From NCBI GenBank assembly GCA_964019335.1, contig OZ025749.1, forward strand, positions 62,001 through 126,000: DNA of 64,000 bases, given 5' to 3'. The notes beneath the pieces were generated by a model. It was not told where the DNA came from, made no database searches, and saw only the letters and a list, made by a program, of their open reading frames with translations. This document shows, in pieces, positions 10,322 to 22,242 of the stretch. The translations under genes and the position numbers were made by a program. This DNA is from Diplonema japonicum (Eukaryota; Protista; Euglenozoa: Diplonemea). Positions within the stretch are counted from its first letter, which is position 1; every line of letters starts with the position of its first letter.

Positions 10322-11971
10322 ATGTGGCGTGCAGCATGCTCTGTGGCCCTTGTCGGGCTGCTTGCGGTGCCTTCAGCGGCGCACCTGACTGTGGTGTGCA
10401 CGGCGACGTCGCCGCAGCAACCGAACTCGTTCGCCTTCTGGTTCATGACCTACGACCACAGCCCTGATGTGGACAAGGCACCTGGGATGGTGTACATCAA
10501 GGACCCCAGTGCGAACGTGGTGCAGGCGGAGTTCTCGAACTTCTGCAAACCAGGGTCGGGGCTGCCGAAGGGAGGGGCAACGGTGGACGTGTTCGAAAAC
10601 CTTTTGAAAACGCACTGCCTGGGACTGTCTGACCCGAGCGGGAGGGTCCCCATCTTCTCGGACAGCCAGCTGACCTGCTACAACCCAGACACGAACAACC
10701 CTATCCCCCACTACGCCCTGGGGGTGACGGGGAGCACCGCCGTCGACACCCCTTACCACACGAGCGTCATGACAGACTACTACTTCGTGGTGGTGGAGAA
10801 CACGAACGGGGACGTGTTGAAGTCGGGGAGCTACGTGACCTGGTTCACAGGGACGGACCAGAACATGGACCCCTGCAGCACGGACTACCCCTGTTCCCTC
10901 GCCTCGCAGGCCTGGACCTTCGACATCTCTGTGATCAACGGGGGCCCGAGGTGCAAGACGGCTCCCCCCTCTTCCCTGACGGCCAACGTGGTCCCCGCGA
11001 CGCTCAGCCAGTGCGACGGGTCGGTGCTCTCCATCTTCGTGGGGGAGGTGTGCCAGGCGCAGTGCGAGGCTGGCTACTCGAAGGCCGGGGTGCTGGAGTG
11101 CGTGGACAACGGGGACGGGACAGGGTCCTGGAGCAGCGGCTTCGCCTGCACGAACGACGTTGTGTGCGAGGTACCGTCGGCGGCGAACCAGAACAACCAC
11201 CTCATCAGCCCGGACATCAAGGGAGTGCTTCCCCCGTGCGGGGCGCTCACCCCCGCGGACACGAGCTGCCCGTACACCTGCAACGGGTTCGGACACCAGA
11301 CAGGTCCCGGGAAGATCAGGTGCACCAACGTGAACGGGAAGGGGGTGTGGAAGGCGGACGTGGCTGCGGGAGGGTACGACGGATGCGCTTGGACGGTCGC
11401 CCCGCCCCCTACCCCGCAGCCCACCAATGTTCCGTGCAATGACGGGGTGGAGGTGGTGGTGGGGGCAGGACCTTCTTCTGCTGTCCTTCTCGGGACCCCT
11501 TTGGACGGGGAGGACCGCTTCGAAGGCAGTGGGGTGAGGCTCACAGGCATCCCTTCGAGCCTGCGACAGACGAGGCTGCACGTCCCCGCCCTCCCTGTGG
11601 CCGAGGGGACCTCGATGGAGCTGAAGTGCTGTGGAACGGAGGAGTGCGAGTTCGTGGTGTCCCACTACCACTGCCCTCCTTGCTCTAGAAAGGTGAATGG
11701 GGGCTTCCCCTCCCTCCTCCCCCTCTCTGGTTTTACGTCCGCCTCCTGCGCACCTCGGTACGGCACCACAGAGCAGAGGATGGTCTCCTACAGGATCCAG
11801 GTGCAGCCGGGGGAGTCCGTTGAGGTCCCCAAGACCACCACAGAGGCCTCCTCTTTCGTCGTCTTCAGCCAGACTGGGGCCCTTCCCAGTGATTGGTGTC
11901 CTGCTCTGAAGAACAGGGGTTGTGGAGGACCCTGTCCCGTCACTGCTTGCTCTTGCCACACTACCTTGTGA
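10322..11971 (+). CDS. Cys-rich secreted protein, copy 4
   Basis: Identical 549-aa translation from ATG 10322. Confidence 0.9.
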   Translation: MWRAACSVALVGLLAVPSAAHLTVVCTATSPQQPNSFAFWFMTYDHSPDVDKAPGMVYIKDPSANVVQAEFSNFCKPGSGLPKGGATVDVFENLLKTHCLGLSDPSGRVPIFSDSQLTCYNPDTNNPIPHYALGVTGSTAVDTPYHTSVMTDYYFVVVENTNGDVLKSGSYVTWFTGTDQNMDPCSTDYPCSLASQAWTFDISVINGGPRCKTAPPSSLTANVVPATLSQCDGSVLSIFVGEVCQAQCEAGYSKAGVLECVDNGDGTGSWSSGFACTNDVVCEVPSAANQNNHLISPDIKGVLPPCGALTPADTSCPYTCNGFGHQTGPGKIRCTNVNGKGVWKADVAAGGYDGCAWTVAPPPTPQPTNVPCNDGVEVVVGAGPSSAVLLGTPLDGEDRFEGSGVRLTGIPSSLRQTRLHVPALPVAEGTSMELKCCGTEECEFVVSHYHCPPCSRKVNGGFPSLLPLSGFTSASCAPRYGTTEQRMVSYRIQVQPGESVEVPKTTTEASSFVVFSQTGALPSDWCPALKNRGCGGPCPVTACSCHTTL

Positions 11972-12348
11972 TGAGGATGATGATGATGATGTGTGGGCAA
12001 AAGCGCGAATTAATTTTTTTTTATTTCAACAAGTTTAATCTACTTCCCTCTCTTCAAGCAACTTTTGCTCCTTTTGCTTCCTGAAAGAAGAAAGAAAAGA
12101 AAATGCAATTACCTCTCTTTGCATTTTATTTTTCGTTCTCTTTTTTTATTTTTAGGTGGAACAAGAACAAACCCGCCCACAAACCCGCAAGTTTCTGCAG
12201 TCCTGCTCTGAAGAACGGGGGTTGTGGAGGACCCTGTCCCGTCACAGTTTGCTCTTGCCACGATACCTTGTGATGTGGTGGACAGGGGCGAAGTTTTTAA
12301 TTTATTATTCACCTAAAAAAAATCATTTTAACGAATTCCTCTTCTTCT

Positions 12349-12390
<42 letters not shown>

Positions 12391-13879
12391 CTCAGGGTGA
12401 AAAAGAAAAAAGAGCAATTTTTTTGCCTTTGCAATTTGTTTCTTTTTCCTCCCGCCTTTTTTTTCATTCCCCCAACAATCCCTTCTACCACAATTCAACC
12501 CTTAATTCGGCGAATGAGGAGTAAACACCTTTTTCGAAAGGTGCTGCCTATCTCGTCTCTGAAATTGTTTCTTGCTGTCTGCTGAGGGCATCTTCACCAT
12601 CATGGACTTCACGTACTACCCCTTCGGGAACGCGGGTACATGGGCCTTCACTGCGACTCGCTGCACATTCAAAACCCGCAGAACATCGTGCCGATACCCC
12701 ACGAACAGGCAGCAAACTGCACGAGCGCAGAATCTTGGTTACCCGGGACGCACCGGCTGGGGTTGAGCTGTACACCGCACGCATTAAGGACACGACGCCC
12801 GGAACGCAGAAGAAGCTACAACTCGGCCGCGGCGCGCCCCCTGTAATGTTTTTCTTCTTTTTCTCTGCTTTTCTTTTTTTTGCTTCTCATTTCCAAAATT
12901 CAACCTTCCATTCGGCAACCGAGGAGGCTTTTGATGTAAAAGGCCTCTCTCTTGTCTCTGAAAACATGGGGAAAAAATAAAATAAAAAATAAAAAGCCAA
13001 TCATGTTATCGTTCTCATAATCCTCTTTCAAAAAAAAAGAGGAAAAAAAAAAAAAAAAAAATCGCTCTAGAATTCCCTTTCCCTCCCCCCTTTTCATTGT
13101 TTGCCTCGTACATGATACAAGGTTTGTACTTCCCCCCTTGGGGATGACTATCATTTACTGAAGACAAGTGACAGGGGGGGGGGTTTTTTTTGGGTACTGG
13201 TAAGCGAAAACGTCTTCTTTCTTTCTCTCTCTTTTTTCTTCTTCTCTCTCTCCATCCCCCCTGTTTTTTTTTCTTCTTCTCTTTTTAGGAAAAGAAACAT
13301 TGTGTGTTAGACCCAAGCATAACAGGGGTTCCCCACCCCCACCCCTCCCAAAGTACACACAAGTATGATGCGGCATTTACGACCCCCTTCAGGGAACGGT
13401 TTCGCGGCCAAGGGTCGGGCGAACCGACGGTGTCATTGACAGAAAGGGAGTTTTATTTCAGTGACTAAGAGCATCTACAAGGCGGTTCTGGTGTTCTCTC
13501 GTACTCCCCCAAGGGCACATACGACCCGCGGGACAAGCCAGAGTTCTTTGTTGTTCCTTTATCAGCAAACGATACCGACGGCCGGGTCGTTGCCCGTTTG
13601 CGATCGCCTCCCTCAACTCTTCAGTTTCGCTCCGTGATAAACTGGGACCTAGAAGAACAACGTACATGGCATTAGAGAAGGAGATCCAACCGATTCTGTG
13701 GTGTCTTGTGTGATCTGTGAACCGGGTGGAGATACTGATCGACAGGGTGATGAAGGTGACGGTGTTCCTGACAGACATGGCACACTTCGCAAGGGCGAAT
13801 GAGGTGTTCTCGAAGTACTTTCGCCAGTGTCGAAGCACAATGGCGATGATGGGAGCTCGTTAGCATTTTTCGTAGCGAA

Positions 13880-13917
<38 letters not shown>

Positions 13918-14013
13918 GTTAAAATCCGGCGGCCGCACTCTTCCCCTCTTACTAGAAGTGGAAAACCGACAAACAGTTTTAGTTTCTTCTTCTTTTTTTT
14001 TTTCCCTCCGAAC

Positions 14014-14044
<31 letters not shown>

Positions 14045-14078
14045 CCAGGTAACCCTTTTTACCACTTTCCACAAACAG

Positions 14079-15728
14079 ATGTGGCGTGCAGCATGCTCTG
14101 TGGCCCTTGTCGGGCTGCTTGCGGTGCCTTCAGCGGCGCACCTGACTGTGGTGTGCACGGCGACGTCGCCGCAGCAACCGAACTCGTTCGCCTTCTGGTT
14201 CATGACCTACGACCACAGCCCTGATGTGGACAAGGCACCTGGGATGGTGTACATCAAGGACCCCAGTGCGAACGTGGTGCAGGCGGAGTTCTCGAACTTC
14301 TGCAAACCAGGGTCGGGGCTGCCGAAGGGAGGGGCAACGGTGGACGTGTTCGAAAACCTTTTGAAAACGCACTGCCTGGGACTGTCTGACCCGAGCGGGA
14401 GGGTCCCCATCTTCTCGGACAGCCAGCTGACCTGCTACAACCCGGACACGAACAACCCTATCCCCCACTACGCCCTGGGGGTGACGGGGAGCACCGCCGT
14501 CGACACCCCTTACCACACGAGCGTCATGACAGACTACTACTTCGTGGTGGTGGAGAACACGAACGGGGACGTGTTGAAGTCGGGGAGCTACGTGACCTGG
14601 TTCACAGGGACGGACCAGAACATGGACCCCTGCAGCACGGACTACCCCTGTTCCCTCGCCTCGCAGGCCTGGACCTTCGACATCTCTGTGATCAACGGGG
14701 GCCCGAGGTGCAAGACGGCTCCCCCCTCTTCCCTGACGGCCAACGTGGTCCCCGCGACGCTCAGCCAGTGCGACGGGTCGGTGCTCTCCATCTTCGTGGG
14801 GGAGGTGTGCCAGGCGCAGTGCGAGGCTGGCTACTCGAAGGCCGGGGTGCTGGAGTGCGTGGACAACGGGGACGGGACAGGGTCCTGGAGCAGCGGCTTC
14901 GCCTGCACGAACGACGTTGTGTGCGAGGTACCGTCGGCGGCGAACCAGAACAACCACCTCATCAGCCCGGACATCAAGGGAGTGCTTCCCCCGTGCGGGG
15001 CACTCACCCCCGCGGACACGAGCTGCCCGTACACCTGCAACGGGTTCGGACACCAGACAGGTCCCGGGAAGATCAGGTGCACCAACGTGAACGGGAAGGG
15101 GGTGTGGAAGGCGGACGTGGCTGCGGGAGGGTACGACGGATGCGCTTGGACGGTCGCCCCGCCCCCTACCCCGCAGCCCACCAATGTTCCGTGCAATGAC
15201 GGGGTGGAGGTGGTGGTGGGGGCAGGACCTTCTTCTGCTGTCCTTCTCGGGACCCCTTTGGACGGGGAGGACCGCTTCGAAGGCAGTGGGGTGAGGCTCA
15301 CAGGCATCCCTTCGAGCCTGCGACAGACGAGGCTGCACGTCCCCGCCCTCCCTGTGGCCGAGGGGACCTCGATGGAGCTGAAGTGCTGTGGAACGGAGGA
15401 GTGCGAGTTCGTGGTGTCCCACTACCACTGCCCTCCTTGCTCTAGAAAGGTGAATGGGGGCTTCCCCTCCCTCCTCCCCCTCTCTGGTTTTACGTCCGCC
15501 TCCTGCGCACCTCGGTACGGCACCACAGAGCAGAGGATGGTCTCCTACAGGATCCAGGTGCAGCCGGGGGAGTCCGTTGAGGTCCCCAAGACCACCACAG
15601 AGGCCTCCTCTTTCGTCGTCTTCAGCCAGACTGGGGCCCTTCCCAGTGATTGGTGTCCTGCTCTGAAGAACAGGGGTTGTGGAGGACCCTGTCCCGTCAC
15701 TGCTTGCTCTTGCCACACTACCTTGTGA
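14079..15728 (+). CDS. Cys-rich secreted protein, copy 5
   Basis: Identical 549-aa translation. Confidence 0.9.
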   Translation: MWRAACSVALVGLLAVPSAAHLTVVCTATSPQQPNSFAFWFMTYDHSPDVDKAPGMVYIKDPSANVVQAEFSNFCKPGSGLPKGGATVDVFENLLKTHCLGLSDPSGRVPIFSDSQLTCYNPDTNNPIPHYALGVTGSTAVDTPYHTSVMTDYYFVVVENTNGDVLKSGSYVTWFTGTDQNMDPCSTDYPCSLASQAWTFDISVINGGPRCKTAPPSSLTANVVPATLSQCDGSVLSIFVGEVCQAQCEAGYSKAGVLECVDNGDGTGSWSSGFACTNDVVCEVPSAANQNNHLISPDIKGVLPPCGALTPADTSCPYTCNGFGHQTGPGKIRCTNVNGKGVWKADVAAGGYDGCAWTVAPPPTPQPTNVPCNDGVEVVVGAGPSSAVLLGTPLDGEDRFEGSGVRLTGIPSSLRQTRLHVPALPVAEGTSMELKCCGTEECEFVVSHYHCPPCSRKVNGGFPSLLPLSGFTSASCAPRYGTTEQRMVSYRIQVQPGESVEVPKTTTEASSFVVFSQTGALPSDWCPALKNRGCGGPCPVTACSCHTTL

Positions 15729-16105
15729 TGAGGATGATGATGATGATGTGTGGGCAAAAGCGCGAATTAATTTTTTTTTATTTCAACAAGTTTAATCTAC
15801 TTCCCTCTCTTCAAGCAACTTTTGCTCCTTTTGCTTCCTGAAAGAAGAAAGAAAAGAAAATGCAATTACCTCTCTTTGCATTTTATTTTTCGTTCTCTTT
15901 TTTTATTTTTAGGTGGAACAAGAACAAACCCGCCCACAAACCCGCAAGTTTCTGCAGTCCTGCTCTGAAGAACGGGGGTTGTGGAGGACCCTGTCCCGTC
16001 ACAGTTTGCTCTTGCCACGATACCTTGTGATGTGGTGGACAGGGGCGAAGTTTTTAATTTATTATTCACCTAAAAAAAATCATTTTAACGAATTCCTCTT
16101 CTTCT

Positions 16106-16147
<42 letters not shown>

Positions 16148-17635
16148 CTCAGGGTGAAAAAGAAAAAAGAGCAATTTTTTTGCCTTTGCAATTTGTTTCT
16201 TTTTCCTCCCGCCTTTTTTTTCATTCCCCCAACAATCCCTTCTACCACAATTCAACCCTTAATTCGGCGAATGAGGAGTAAACACCTTTTTCGAAAGGTG
16301 CTGCCTATCTCGTCTCTGAAATTGTTTCTTGCTGTCTGCTGAGGGCATCTTCACCATCATGGACTTCACGTACTACCCCTTCGGGAACGCGGGTACATGG
16401 GCCTTCACTGCGACTCGCTGCACATTCAAAACCCGCAGAACATCGTGCCGATACCCCACGAACAGGCAGCAAACTGCACGAGCGCAGAATCTTGGTTACC
16501 CGGGACGCACCGGCTGGGGTTGAGCTGTACACCGCACGCATTAAGGACACGACGCCCGGAACGCAGAAGAAGCTACAACTCGGCCGCGGCGCGCCCCCTG
16601 TAATGTTTTTCTTCTTTTTCTCTGCTTTTCTTTTTTTTGCTTCTCATTTCCAAAATTCAACCTTCCATTCGGCAACCGAGGAGGCTTTTGATGTAAAAGG
16701 CCTCTCTCTTGTCTCTGAAAACATGGGGAAAAAATAAAATAAAAAATAAAAAGCCAATCATGTTATCGTTCTCATAATCCTCTTTCAAAAAAAAAGAGGA
16801 AAAAAAAAAAAAAAAAATCGCTCTAGAATTCCCTTTCCCTCCCCCCTTTTCATTGTTTGCCTCGTACATGATACAAGGTTTGTACTTCCCCCCTTGGGGA
16901 TGACTATCATTTACTGAAGACAAGTGACAGGGGGGGGGGTTTTTTTTGGGTACTGGTAAGCGAAAACGTCTTCTTTCTTTCTCTCTCTTTTTTCTTCTTC
17001 TCTCTCTCCATCCCCCCTGTTTTTTTTTCTTCTTCTCTTTTTAGGAAAAGAAACATTGTGTGTTAGACCCAAGCATAACAGGGGTTCCCCACCCCCACCC
17101 CTCCCAAAGTACACACAAGTATGATGCGGCATTTACGACCCCCTTCAGGGAACGGTTTCGCGGCCAAGGGTCGGGCGAACCGACGGTGTCATTGACAGAA
17201 AGGGAGTTTTATTTCAGTGACTAAGAGCATCTACAAGGCGGTTCTGGTGTTCTCTCGTACTCCCCCAAGGGCACATACGACCCGCGGGACAAGCCAGAGT
17301 TCTTTGTTGTTCCTTTATCAGCAAACGATACCGACGGCCGGGTCGTTGCCCGTTTGCGATCGCCTCCCTCAACTCTTCAGTTTCGCTCCGTGATAAACTG
17401 GGACCTAGAAGAACAACGTACATGGCATTAGAGAAGGAGATCCAACCGATTCTGTGGTGTCTTGTGTGATCTGTGAACCGGGTGGAGATACTGATCGACA
17501 GGGTGATGAAGGTGACGGTGTTCCTGACAGACATGGCACACTTCGCAAGGGCGAATGAGGTGTTCTCGAAGTACTTTCGCCAGTGTCGAAGCACAATGGC
17601 GATGATGGGAGCTCGTTAGCATTTTTCGTAGCGAA

Positions 17636-17672
<37 letters not shown>

Positions 17673-17768
17673 GTTAAAATCCGGCGGCCGCACTCTTCCC
17701 CTCTTACTAGAAGTGGAAAACCGACAAACAGTTTTAGTTTCTTCTTCTTTTTTTTTTTCCCTCCGAAC

Positions 17769-17799
<31 letters not shown>

Positions 17800-17833
17800 C
17801 CAGGTAACCCTTTTTACCACTTTCCACAAACAG

Positions 17834-19483
17834 ATGTGGCGTGCAGCATGCTCTGTGGCCCTTGTCGGGCTGCTTGCGGTGCCTTCAGCGGCGCACCTGA
17901 CTGTGGTGTGCACGGCGACGTCGCCGCAGCAACCGAACTCGTTCGCCTTCTGGTTCATGACCTACGACCACAGCCCTGATGTGGACAAGGCACCTGGGAT
18001 GGTGTACATCAAGGACCCCAGTGCGAACGTGGTGCAGGCGGAGTTCTCGAACTTCTGCAAACCAGGGTCGGGGCTGCCGAAGGGAGGGGCAACGGTGGAC
18101 GTGTTCGAAAACCTTTTGAAAACGCACTGCCTGGGACTGTCTGACCCGAGCGGGAGGGTCCCCATCTTCTCGGACAGCCAGCTGACCTGCTACAACCCGG
18201 ACACGAACAACCCTATCCCCCACTACGCCCTGGGGGTGACGGGGAGCACCGCCGTCGACACCCCTTACCACACGAGCGTCATGACAGACTACTACTTCGT
18301 GGTGGTGGAGAACACGAACGGGGACGTGTTGAAGTCGGGGAGCTACGTGACCTGGTTCACAGGGACGGACCAGAACATGGACCCCTGCAGCACGGACTAC
18401 CCCTGTTCCCTCGCCTCGCAGGCCTGGACCTTCGACATCTCTGTGATCAACGGGGGCCCGAGGTGCAAGACGGCTCCCCCCTCTTCCCTGACGGCCAACG
18501 TGGTCCCCGCGACGCTCAGCCAGTGCGACGGGTCGGTGCTCTCCATCTTCGTGGGGGAGGTGTGCCAGGCGCAGTGCGAGGCTGGCTACTCGAAGGCCGG
18601 GGTGCTGGAGTGCGTGGACAACGGGGACGGGACAGGGTCCTGGAGCAGCGGCTTCGCCTGCACGAACGACGTTGTGTGCGAGGTACCGTCGGCGGCGAAC
18701 CAGAACAACCACCTCATCAGCCCGGACATCAAGGGAGTGCTTCCCCCGTGCGGGGCGCTCACCCCCGCGGACACGAGCTGCCCGTACACCTGCAACGGGT
18801 TCGGACACCAGACAGGTCCCGGGAAGATCAGGTGCACCAACGTGAACGGGAAGGGGGTGTGGAAGGCGGACGTGGCTGCGGGAGGGTACGACGGATGCGC
18901 TTGGACGGTCGCCCCGCCCCCTACCCCGCAGCCCACCAATGTTCCGTGCAATGACGGGGTGGAGGTGGTGGTGGGGGCAGGACCTTCTTCTGCTGTCCTT
19001 CTCGGGACCCCTTTGGACGGGGAGGACCGCTTCGAAGGCAGTGGGGTGAGGCTCACAGGCATCCCTTCGAGCCTGCGACAGACGAGGCTGCACGTCCCCG
19101 CCCTCCCTGTGGCCGAGGGGACCTCGATGGAGCTGAAGTGCTGTGGAACGGAGGAGTGCGAGTTCGTGGTGTCCCACTACCACTGCCCTCCTTGCTCTAG
19201 AAAGGTGAATGGGGGCTTCCCCTCCCTCCTCCCCCTCTCTGGTTTTACGTCCGCCTCCTGCGCACCTCGGTACGGCACCACAGAGCAGAGGATGGTCTCC
19301 TACAGGATCCAGGTGCAGCCGGGGGAGTCCGTTGAGGTCCCCAAGACCACCACAGAGGCCTCCTCTTTCGTCGTCTTCAGCCAGACTGGGGCCCTTCCCA
19401 GTGATTGGTGTCCTGCTCTGAAGAACAGGGGTTGTGGAGGACCCTGTCCCGTCACTGCTTGCTCTTGCCACACTACCTTGTGA
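17834..19483 (+). CDS. Cys-rich secreted protein, copy 6 (terminal copy)
   Basis: Identical 549-aa translation; divergent 3' flank. Confidence 0.9.
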   Translation: MWRAACSVALVGLLAVPSAAHLTVVCTATSPQQPNSFAFWFMTYDHSPDVDKAPGMVYIKDPSANVVQAEFSNFCKPGSGLPKGGATVDVFENLLKTHCLGLSDPSGRVPIFSDSQLTCYNPDTNNPIPHYALGVTGSTAVDTPYHTSVMTDYYFVVVENTNGDVLKSGSYVTWFTGTDQNMDPCSTDYPCSLASQAWTFDISVINGGPRCKTAPPSSLTANVVPATLSQCDGSVLSIFVGEVCQAQCEAGYSKAGVLECVDNGDGTGSWSSGFACTNDVVCEVPSAANQNNHLISPDIKGVLPPCGALTPADTSCPYTCNGFGHQTGPGKIRCTNVNGKGVWKADVAAGGYDGCAWTVAPPPTPQPTNVPCNDGVEVVVGAGPSSAVLLGTPLDGEDRFEGSGVRLTGIPSSLRQTRLHVPALPVAEGTSMELKCCGTEECEFVVSHYHCPPCSRKVNGGFPSLLPLSGFTSASCAPRYGTTEQRMVSYRIQVQPGESVEVPKTTTEASSFVVFSQTGALPSDWCPALKNRGCGGPCPVTACSCHTTL

Positions 19484-20295
19484 TGAGGATGATGATGATG
19501 ATGTGTGGGCAAAAGCGAGAATTGATATTTTTATTTATTTCACCCATGTTTAATCTACCGGTAGGTTAAACTTTTTTTCCTTGGTCCCTCTCTTTCAAAC
19601 AACTTCTTTGCTTCCCTTTTTACATTTATAAAAAAGAATCGTTTTAAAGTAGAACAAGAACAAACGAGAGTCGAAGAAAAAAGGAAAACTGAAAAAAAAA
19701 AAAAAGAAAAAAAAAAAAAAAAAAAAAAAAACAAGAGCAATCATCTTATTTTTTTTTATATTGTCTCTTTTCTTTTTCAATATTTCTTTTTCGTTCCTTC
19801 CTTTCGTTTCTTCTTTTTCTCTTTTTCTCTGCTTTTCTTTTTTTGCTTCTCATTTCCAATTCAACCCTCCATTCGGCAACCGAGGAGGCTTTTGATGTAA
19901 AAGGCCTCTCTCTTGTCTCTGAAAATATGGGGAAAAAATAAAATAAAAAATAAAAAGCCAATCATGTTATCGTTCTCATAATCCTCTTTCAAAAATAAAA
20001 AAGAAAAAAAAAAATCGCTCTAGAATTCCCTTTCCCTCCCCCCTTTTCATTGTTTGCCTCGTACATGATACAAAGTTTGTACTTCCCCCCTTGGGGATGA
20101 CTATCATTTACTGAAGACAAGTGACAGGGGGGGGTTTTTTTTTGGGTACTGGTAAGCGAAAACGTCTTCTTTCTTTCTCTCTCTTTTTTTTCTTCTTCTT
20201 TCTTTCGAACAAAAAACTTCTTTCTGAGGACGTATTACTTCTTTCCACCCCCCCCTCAATTTTTTTTTTCTCTAGGTCATGCCGTACACGGGAAA

Positions 20296-22242
20296 ATGAT
20301 TAAACGCCTTCTGTATTTTCTTCTAGCAGCCGTGACGGCACATGGAGCAGTGGAGTGCGCCGATGACTGCACCTGTTGTATGTGCGGTTGTGGGGACGAA
20401 CCAGATATATGTAGTTTGAAAGAGAACGACCATTTTTTAACGTATTGCTGCCACAGGGCAGGCGAGACCATCTTGCAATGGAACGACACAACATGCCTCG
20501 GCAGCGCGGGTGCAGCCCGCACCACATACAGAGGCAAATGCGGGGCAGCCGTGTGCGCAGAAAAAGTCTGCCAACACAAAGCAAAGAAGTACACAGACCC
20601 TCTATGGATCCTCATTACAGTCCCTCTACTATGCACGGCCATGTATATGGCTTGGAGATACACTCATCATATCTTCAACAAAACACAGTCGAAAAAAAAA
20701 CTGGATAGTTACATGGAGCTTCTCGCGGAGTCGCTGCAAGACGCGGAAGAAGAATGCTCCAATCTGGAAACCAAGGCCTCCGCCTTGAAAGACGAGGAAG
20801 ACGAGCTAAACAAAAACATCCTCGCCGCGCACAAAAAAACATCGAACCTGAAAAAAAATTTCTCGGAGCTTGGCCACGCTGTCAGGACGCAAAACGAGCG
20901 AACAATCTGCGATTTCAAAGCATGCATCGACACACAAATATCCCTTGAAGCCAAGTACCCGTCGTTGAATGAGAGAAAAGAACAAGTTCATTCCGCGCGT
21001 GCCATCCACGCACACTACACAACTGAGATAAAACGAGCGCGAAAAGAAATCGCGGGGAAACAACACATCAGAAACGACACCAGCGAACTGGAAGAAAAAG
21101 AGGAAATAACCCGCACCGAACTTGCCCGTGCAGCGAGGTCTACCAGTGAGAAGGAGCAAACAATATCGGAAATGGTGGACACAACAACAGGACTACGCCA
21201 ACAGGTAGCCCGTGATAAGGTAATTCTCAGCGGGCTAACCCGCGATAAGGAACAAGCAGAGCGCGAGCTACAGGAGACTCGGTTGAAACTGAAAACTTTC
21301 CTGACAGCCTTGCAAGGCGCCGACACCGCTTCGAAGGCAGATGCTTTAGAGGCAAAACGACAGGCAAAGATCCTCCACGCCACCCTGAAAAACCTTGCTG
21401 AACAGCACGTCTTCTCCGATCAAACCGCCGATAGTTACAAATTGCAAATATCCGTAGTGGAAGAATCGATCACGTCTCTGAGGGAAATAATCCTCGTGAA
21501 GGGTAGGGAAGCAGCGGGAGCCATTCAAATCGCTTCTCGCCTGCATCAAAATCTACTGCAAGCCGACAACCACACCACGATCGCAACGCAGAAACTGAAC
21601 AGCTGCCGCGCGAAGGAGATGGAGTTCAACGGGATCAAACAAGAACGGGAGAAGGAGATCACCACCGTCAACAACGATTGTTCAAAGACCGTCGCGCGCA
21701 TTGCACAGTTAAAAACAGACCTGGAGACGATGGAGGGAGAACGCCGTGGGTACGACCTTTTCATACGAGAATTTGAGAATGAAACAAACGCAATACGGCA
21801 TAGAATAAACACCAGAACGGAGGAGTTGCACCGCGAGACATCTTTCGAAACAGGTCTTCACGATTCTCTGCAAAATGAAATGGAAGCTCTTAGCAAGCAA
21901 AAAACCAAGCTTGACACAGTTGCCTCGGAGCTGGATGCAATCCACTGTCAATTGTCATCCCTTAACACGCCAGAGGGCTGCGTGGAACCTGCGAAAAACC
22001 ATGTTTTTCAAACAATCGTTGAGACAACGAAGGTAAGCACGGCCATTTTAGAAGCGCAAGACACAGCATCCCAACTACAAAAAACCCTCTCCAAAGCTCA
22101 ACACGCATTATCACGTGAGAAGAGAGCTCAATCGCACACCCTCACCGAAGCAGGCAAGGAAAAGCTCAGGCTCCACAGAGCCTGCAAGGACAAACAGGCG
22201 GTTCTTAATAAACTCGTCGCGTCTAAGGGGGAAGCAAAATGA
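20296..22242 (+). CDS. Type I membrane protein: signal peptide, small Cys-rich ectodomain, one TM helix, long cytoplasmic coiled coil
   Basis: 648-aa ORF. Leader MIKRLLYFLLAAVTAHG, Cys cluster, TM segment LWILITVPLLCTAMYMAW, then heptad-rich E/K/L/A sequence. Upstream poly-pyrimidine + TAG. Confidence 0.8.
   Translation: MIKRLLYFLLAAVTAHGAVECADDCTCCMCGCGDEPDICSLKENDHFLTYCCHRAGETILQWNDTTCLGSAGAARTTYRGKCGAAVCAEKVCQHKAKKYTDPLWILITVPLLCTAMYMAWRYTHHIFNKTQSKKKLDSYMELLAESLQDAEEECSNLETKASALKDEEDELNKNILAAHKKTSNLKKNFSELGHAVRTQNERTICDFKACIDTQISLEAKYPSLNERKEQVHSARAIHAHYTTEIKRARKEIAGKQHIRNDTSELEEKEEITRTELARAARSTSEKEQTISEMVDTTTGLRQQVARDKVILSGLTRDKEQAERELQETRLKLKTFLTALQGADTASKADALEAKRQAKILHATLKNLAEQHVFSDQTADSYKLQISVVEESITSLREIILVKGREAAGAIQIASRLHQNLLQADNHTTIATQKLNSCRAKEMEFNGIKQEREKEITTVNNDCSKTVARIAQLKTDLETMEGERRGYDLFIREFENETNAIRHRINTRTEELHRETSFETGLHDSLQNEMEALSKQKTKLDTVASELDAIHCQLSSLNTPEGCVEPAKNHVFQTIVETTKVSTAILEAQDTASQLQKTLSKAQHALSREKRAQSHTLTEAGKEKLRLHRACKDKQAVLNKLVASKGEAK

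Larger units (their letters stand above)
1..19516 (+). repeat. Tandem array of ~3.755-kb units, each with one Cys-rich secreted protein gene plus spacer; continues off the left edge
   Basis: Stop codons recur at 708, 4460, 8218, 11971, 15728 and 19483 (spacing 3752-3758). Units differ only in homopolymer lengths and a few SNPs. Identity breaks down after ~19516, with spacer homology resuming at ~19820-20195. Confidence 0.97.
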
